Part shown: in pieces, positions 17,963 to 22,092 of the stretch
How the letters are laid out: each line of letters begins with the position of its first letter
Position numbering within the stretch: the stretch's first letter is position 1
Source of the DNA: a bacterium
Lineage (GTDB): Bacteria; Hinthialibacterota; Hinthialibacteria; Hinthialibacterales; Hinthialibacteraceae
DNA length: 22,092 nucleotides
Direction of reading: 5' to 3'
NCBI GenBank assembly: GCA_041946805.1
Contig: JBHGBC010000097.1
Coordinates: 1-22,092 of the forward strand
Position numbers and translations under genes: made by a program
Notes under the pieces: model-generated
What the model saw: only the letters and a program-made list of their open reading frames with translations
What the model was told of the DNA's origin: nothing
Databases searched by the model: none

Positions 17963-18607
17963 ATGAATCGATTTCAGACCGGCCGGGTACAACGTGGGTT
18001 TACATTGATCGAATTGCTGATCGTCGTGGCGATCATCGGGGTGTTGGCGGCCATCGCGGTGCCCAACTTTTTGAACGCCCAGGTCCGGGCGAAGGTCGCC
18101 AAGGTGAAGTCGGATTTCAAGGCGATTTCGACCGCCATGGAAATGTACCACATGGACTTCAACTGCTACGCCCCGGCGTTCAAACTCAGCGCGCTGACTT
18201 CTCCCCAGCCCTATATGTCTTCCGTGCCGCAAGACGTCTTCCCGCCGCATTGGGATTACGCCAGCGCGGGCGGCCAGGGCGAGGCGGGCGCCAAGGTGAC
18301 GTGGTACCGGTACGTTCTGGGATCAAAGGATCCCAAAATCGGCGGCAGCAACGATCTACGGATCGCGCATTGCGCCGACTACTGGGCGTATTTTCCCCCG
18401 TTTCTGCTGCGTTCCCCGGCGGTGGCCAAGGGAACGGCGGAGGGTTGCCCCACCGAATGGCTGGTGAAGTCGTTCGGCACCAACGTGAACAAAGCCGCGT
18501 TGTGTGGCAACTATGGGGATGACTGCACTTTCCGGTACGATCCCACCAACGGGCTGGTGAGCATCGGCGACATCGCGGTTTTCGGACCGGGAGGCCGGAT
18601 CGAATAA
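17963..18607 (+). CDS. Type IV prepilin/pseudopilin-like protein
   Basis: Class III signal RG|FTLIELLIVVAIIGVLAAIAVPNF with E5. SD GGGAG at 17952-17956 favours ATG 17963. C-terminal YDPTNGLVSIGDI. Confidence 0.95.
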   Translation: MNRFQTGRVQRGFTLIELLIVVAIIGVLAAIAVPNFLNAQVRAKVAKVKSDFKAISTAMEMYHMDFNCYAPAFKLSALTSPQPYMSSVPQDVFPPHWDYASAGGQGEAGAKVTWYRYVLGSKDPKIGGSNDLRIAHCADYWAYFPPFLLRSPAVAKGTAEGCPTEWLVKSFGTNVNKAALCGNYGDDCTFRYDPTNGLVSIGDIAVFGPGGRIE

Positions 18608-18647
18608 AACCGCCGGGACCAGACGTTCGGGTTGAATGGGCTGAAAC

Positions 18648-18692
18648 GGCCGGGAAGAAGGGAACGTACCTTCGGACCGGCCTTTCCATTTT
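18648..18692 (+). terminator. Possible intrinsic terminator after the pilin gene
   Basis: Interrupted stem GGCCGG..GAAGG / CCTTC..CCGGCC followed by TTTCCATTTT. Confidence 0.35.
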
Positions 18693-19000
18693 AATAAAAT
18701 ATTGCTCTTGTCGTTGATGGCGCGATGGAAAACCCGGATTGCTAATCTAATTTTTACAAAATAGATAAAACTGCTAAAAATATTTCGCGGTATCTATACG
18801 TAGATGGAAAAAAACCGATTACAATATTCACGTAAAAATTATTTTTGAGGGGTGACTTTTGCTTTTTGCCCTTGGGATGATCGGTCCGGCGGAGTATGCC
18901 ACACCACCTCTGATTGCTCACGGCGTGGAAGCGGATTTCGATATCACATGCCTGATCCATGGGATTGTTAGGGCGTGTCCCTTGTGATGCGATGGTCATT

Positions 19001-19186
19001 ATGATCGACGAACGAGTTCTCTTTTATTTGTTTTTGACTATATTTTCCTTATGGTTCGTGGGAAATATCATGGAAGTCAATTTGTTTCAGGTGCTTTTCG
19101 ATAATTTCCTGCACGCGATGGAAGAAGTGGGCAATATGATCAAGTATTTCTTGTCGGAAATCATCGACCGGTTTTTCAGCCGTTAA
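19001..19186 (+). CDS. Small hypothetical membrane protein (61 aa)
   Basis: MIDERVLFYLFLTIFSLWFVGNIMEV...: one hydrophobic helix then an amphipathic helix. No clear SD; alternative starts at 18992 and 18959. Confidence 0.6.
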   Translation: MIDERVLFYLFLTIFSLWFVGNIMEVNLFQVLFDNFLHAMEEVGNMIKYFLSEIIDRFFSR

Positions 19187-19243
19187 AACTCTCCCCGGTC
19201 CTCATCCGCTTTCCTCATTGAATTCGCCATTCCTCTCCAATCC

Positions 19244-19504
19244 GGTTCATCCTGGCCATCTGGCTTCGGACAAATCCATCTCCCCCAGAAGACCGGAAGG
19301 ATGAAGGTTCTTTGTGATGCGGGCGTCTCGCTAGCGTTCTTGTGGTACGGGCATCCGTATAGAACCCTGCGGATTTTCAATATTTCTTCTGAATCCCCGC
19401 TTTCGCGGGGATGACATCCATAAAAGACTTGGGGTAAAGATCAGCCCTCTGGTAGAGGATTTGGGTGAGGGAAGGTATGTAGGGGCGGATCTTGGTGTCC
19501 GCCC
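19244..19504. repeat. Mosaic repeat tract between the convergent small ORF and nadC
   Basis: GGTTCATCC MITE-like end (19244-19252); ATCCCCGC-TTTC-GCGGGGAT perfect hairpin (19393-19412); family A remnant (19445-19471); GTAGGGGCGGATCTTGGTGTCCGCCC REP (19479-19504). Confidence 0.75.
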
Positions 19505-19563
19505 CTCTCATAAAGTGGATGAAAAAACAGAATCCCATCATTCACTCAATTCTCGCCTGATCC

Positions 19564-20592
19564 TTATTTTTCCTTCACGACCTTCATATGAATATCCAGC
19601 ACATTGGTGGAATGCGTGGGCGTGCCGGTGGAGATGACATCGACCCCCGTGCGGGCGTAATCCAGGATCGCCGCGTTCCGGATGTTCCCTGACGATTCGA
19701 ACAGGGTCCAATCGTAGGTGCCGTCTTCCCGGCACTTGTCCAGGATTTGGACGATGAGATTGGGGGCGAAATTGTCGAGCATGATGGAGCAAGGATAATA
19801 ATGGCCGTTCTGGAGGTTTTTCAGCCGGTGGGCGATGATGGTGGCTTCCTTGGGCGTCTGGACTTCGACGATCAGCCCCGTGGATTTTTCGCGCTGCCGC
19901 CAGCAATGCGCGATGCTGCCCAGGATCCACTCGATGCGGGCGGTTTCGGAGTCGGGATCGAGGTCGACGTCCTCCAGAAAATGCCAGAAGTCGATTTCGG
20001 TGTCCTTGATCATCATGGTGTTGTAGAGGCCGCGGCGGTGGCTGAGGCCGCCACCGACGATGAAGGCCTTCTTGTCCATGCGCCCCCATTGCAGTTTGCG
20101 GGTGGCGGCGAGCCGGCTGGGTGATCCGCAGGCGCGGATCTTCTCCTGCTGCTCGTACACCTCGGTGGCGATGCCGCTCATGCGCTGGAGGATGTTCAAG
20201 ATCGTCCGTTCCACCTCCAGGATGGTGATGATCCGGCCCTCGATGTACAGAATGGGATCCTCGTTTTCCTCGAGGGGATCGCCGTCCTGGATGGGCCGTC
20301 CATGCTTGACGGCCCGTTGATAGCGCAGGTGGGAGCGGTAATTGTCGAGCAGGAGGCAAGCCTCGTCCAATCCGGCCAGGATGCCCTTTTGCTGGGCGCT
20401 GATCATCGCTTTCCCCTGGTCCTGATCCTTGAAGATGGCGAGGGCGGTGATGCAGCCGGTTTCGCTCAAATCTTCCCCCAGCATGCTGTTCATGAAGGCG
20501 ATGATCGACGTTTTGTAGAGCGGGCTTTCCAGGGTGTAACTGTCCTTGTAATTATACAGGTTCTGGACCATGGTTTCGCGATCGGGTTTCAT
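19564..20592 (-). CDS. nadC: Quinolinate phosphoribosyltransferase (nicotinate-nucleotide pyrophosphorylase), divergent
   Basis: ERTILNILQRMSGIAT, TRK, GGGLSHR, IKD, VEV, IMLDN, ESSGNI and GVDVISTG..THS motifs. Confidence 0.87.
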   Translation of the reverse strand: MKPDRETMVQNLYNYKDSYTLESPLYKTSIIAFMNSMLGEDLSETGCITALAIFKDQDQGKAMISAQQKGILAGLDEACLLLDNYRSHLRYQRAVKHGRPIQDGDPLEENEDPILYIEGRIITILEVERTILNILQRMSGIATEVYEQQEKIRACGSPSRLAATRKLQWGRMDKKAFIVGGGLSHRRGLYNTMMIKDTEIDFWHFLEDVDLDPDSETARIEWILGSIAHCWRQREKSTGLIVEVQTPKEATIIAHRLKNLQNGHYYPCSIMLDNFAPNLIVQILDKCREDGTYDWTLFESSGNIRNAAILDYARTGVDVISTGTPTHSTNVLDIHMKVVKEK

Positions 20593-20746
20593 GGCGGTTT
20601 CCTATCGGCCAAGCCAGGGAGTGAACACGAGGGGTGGTTTGAAACCGGATAAGGGTTTCTTGCCTTGCCGCTCATCCCCGTTCATGGGAATATGTTCCGG
20701 AGCGGATCAGCGGAATCATTCTCGACTTGCAACTATTGACTCGATT

Positions 20747-20788
20747 GCAGAGAAAGGATGAATTTTCCCCTCTCCCAGAGGGAGAGGG
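20747..20788 (+). repeat. 18-bp dispersed repeat plus family A palindrome
   Basis: GCAGAGAAAGGATGAATT is identical to 12427-12444, followed by CCCTCTCCC-AGA-GGGAGAGGG (20768-20788). Confidence 0.8.
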
Positions 20789-20902
20789 AATGGTTTAGCG
20801 CGCTCATCCATACGCATACGGCGTATCCAGCATTGAGAATGATCTGCCTTCGGGTCAATCATTACCTACACTTTTTATACTATGCATCGGCGGGAGGAAA
20901 AA

Positions 20903-22092
20903 ATGAAGGATTTCAACGCCCTATTGAAGATCAACCGGCGGGAATTCGTGCGGATCAACGCCCTGGCCGGGGCGGGGCTGCTGGTGGCTCACCCGGCCCT
21001 GGCCGCGGAGGAGGCCTGGGAATTGAAGCCCACCGAACTTCTGGAGGGCCTTAGCCCCGAGGCTGGTGAAGCGCCGCTCGCGGGCGCGGTCTGGTATGTG
21101 GCGGAAAAGGAAAACGCCGGGATGCTGTATGCTTTTCCCAAGGGCGCGCTGGCGGACGCGGCGTACCTGTCGGCGGACCTGCTGGTGGATGGCAACCGGC
21201 TGGCCGTTTTCCTCATGACCCTGCAGGAGGGCGGGAACGGGCCGCGCTTCACGCTGCGCTACATGAACCTCACCCAGGTGCAGTCCCGCATCCGCTTTCC
21301 CCTGGAGAATGTAAACCTGAACCGCTGGCGGCTGGAGCGCGAAGGGGCCTGGCTCAAGCCGATGTGCGGAGGCGACCGGGTGGATTTGCGTGAAGTCGAT
21401 CGTTTGATGATTACCATTCTACACAAGAGCAGCGCGCCGGTGCGCTGGAGCCAGACGCCTCTACGCGTGACGAAAAATGAACCTCCACGGCTGACGAAGC
21501 CGCTCCTCACGAAAGGTCCCCTGCTGGACGAACTGGGCCAGAGTACGCTGCACACATGGCCGGGAAAAATCAGCGGCACCGAAAACGTGATTAAACTCTT
21601 GACCGCCCAAAAGGACGCGGTTGCGGAGAAAAAATGGCCGGAATCCTTCAACCGCTGGGGAGGCTGGAAGGACAAGAAAATCGAGGCCACCGGCTTTTTC
21701 CGCGCCCATCATGACGGGAAACGGTGGTGGCTGGTGGATCCCGGCGGCGGCTTGTTCTGGTCCACGGGATTGGATTGTGTCCGCCCGGGGATCGACAGTT
21801 ATTGCGGGGATCTGGAGAACGCCCTGACCTGGAGGCCGGACCGCGATGGGGAATACAAGACCATCTTTGGCAACCGGGCCGTTGATTACCTGAAAGCCAA
21901 CTTCATCCGCGCCTTCGGGCCGGAAAAATGGCATGACGTGAGGGCGGCCATCGCGCTTTCGCAACTGCGGGAATTCGGCTTCAACACGGTGGCCAACTGG
22001 TCGGAATGGCCAATCGCGCGGGCCGCTAAGGTCCCCTACGTGCGTCCATTGTCCACCCGGCTGCGGCGTTCGAAGATGATCTACCGCGATTT
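20903..22092 (+). CDS. Tat-exported glycoside hydrolase, GH50 beta-agarase-like (3' truncated by window)
   Basis: SD GGGAGG; signal MKDFNALLKINRREFVRINALAGAGLLVAHPALA. Motifs LLDELGQ....WPGK, NRWGGW, ATGFFR....GKRWWLVDP.G.LFWSTGLDCV and GFNTVANWS. Open to the window end; absent from the ORF track. Confidence 0.85.
   Translation, partial: MKDFNALLKINRREFVRINALAGAGLLVAHPALAAEEAWELKPTELLEGLSPEAGEAPLAGAVWYVAEKENAGMLYAFPKGALADAAYLSADLLVDGNRLAVFLMTLQEGGNGPRFTLRYMNLTQVQSRIRFPLENVNLNRWRLEREGAWLKPMCGGDRVDLREVDRLMITILHKSSAPVRWSQTPLRVTKNEPPRLTKPLLTKGPLLDELGQSTLHTWPGKISGTENVIKLLTAQKDAVAEKKWPESFNRWGGWKDKKIEATGFFRAHHDGKRWWLVDPGGGLFWSTGLDCVRPGIDSYCGDLENALTWRPDRDGEYKTIFGNRAVDYLKANFIRAFGPEKWHDVRAAIALSQLREFGFNTVANWSEWPIARAAKVPYVRPLSTRLRRSKMIYRD

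Noticed and set aside
20593..20750. NAD+ riboswitch or NrtR operator upstream of nadC
   Set aside because: A CCGCTC/GAGCGG stem exists, but there is no resemblance to the nadA-motif core or an NrtR palindrome.
323..21964. Long antisense or alternate-frame ORFs (for example 323-1030, 3404-4183, 6520-7269, 13175-14086, 15130-15978, 19538-20359)
   Set aside because: They are shadow ORFs expected from high-GC codon bias and overlap well-supported genes.

Overview
A GC-rich bacterial chromosome segment with about 17 real genes and no rRNA, tRNA, CRISPR array or transposase. In order: a partial Uma2-type nuclease gene; a stand-alone motAB stator operon behind a sigma28-like -10 box; a small TPR protein; an orphan membrane histidine kinase divergent from a GT39/ArnT-like glycosyltransferase; an inositol monophosphatase; a GT4 plus Wzx flippase operon divergent from a Maf/DUF115 gene; ispH; a Wzz-like co-polymerase overlapping a GT87-like membrane glycosyltransferase; a type IV prepilin-like gene; a 61-aa membrane peptide; a divergent nadC; and a Tat-exported GH50-like hydrolase running off the right end (missed by the ORF track). 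The most unusual signal is non-coding. A 471-bp MITE-like element (11-bp TG...CA terminal inverted repeats, 5-bp TATTT target duplication) sits between the GT4 and Maf genes, and decayed copies of its ends recur elsewhere. Almost every intergenic spacer is a mosaic of several different REP-like palindrome families. The pilin's C-terminal YDPTNG-x-S-x-GDI motif suggests a BRC1/Sumerlaeota/Hinthialibacter-like host (inference only). All family assignments come from motif recognition by eye; no searches were run.
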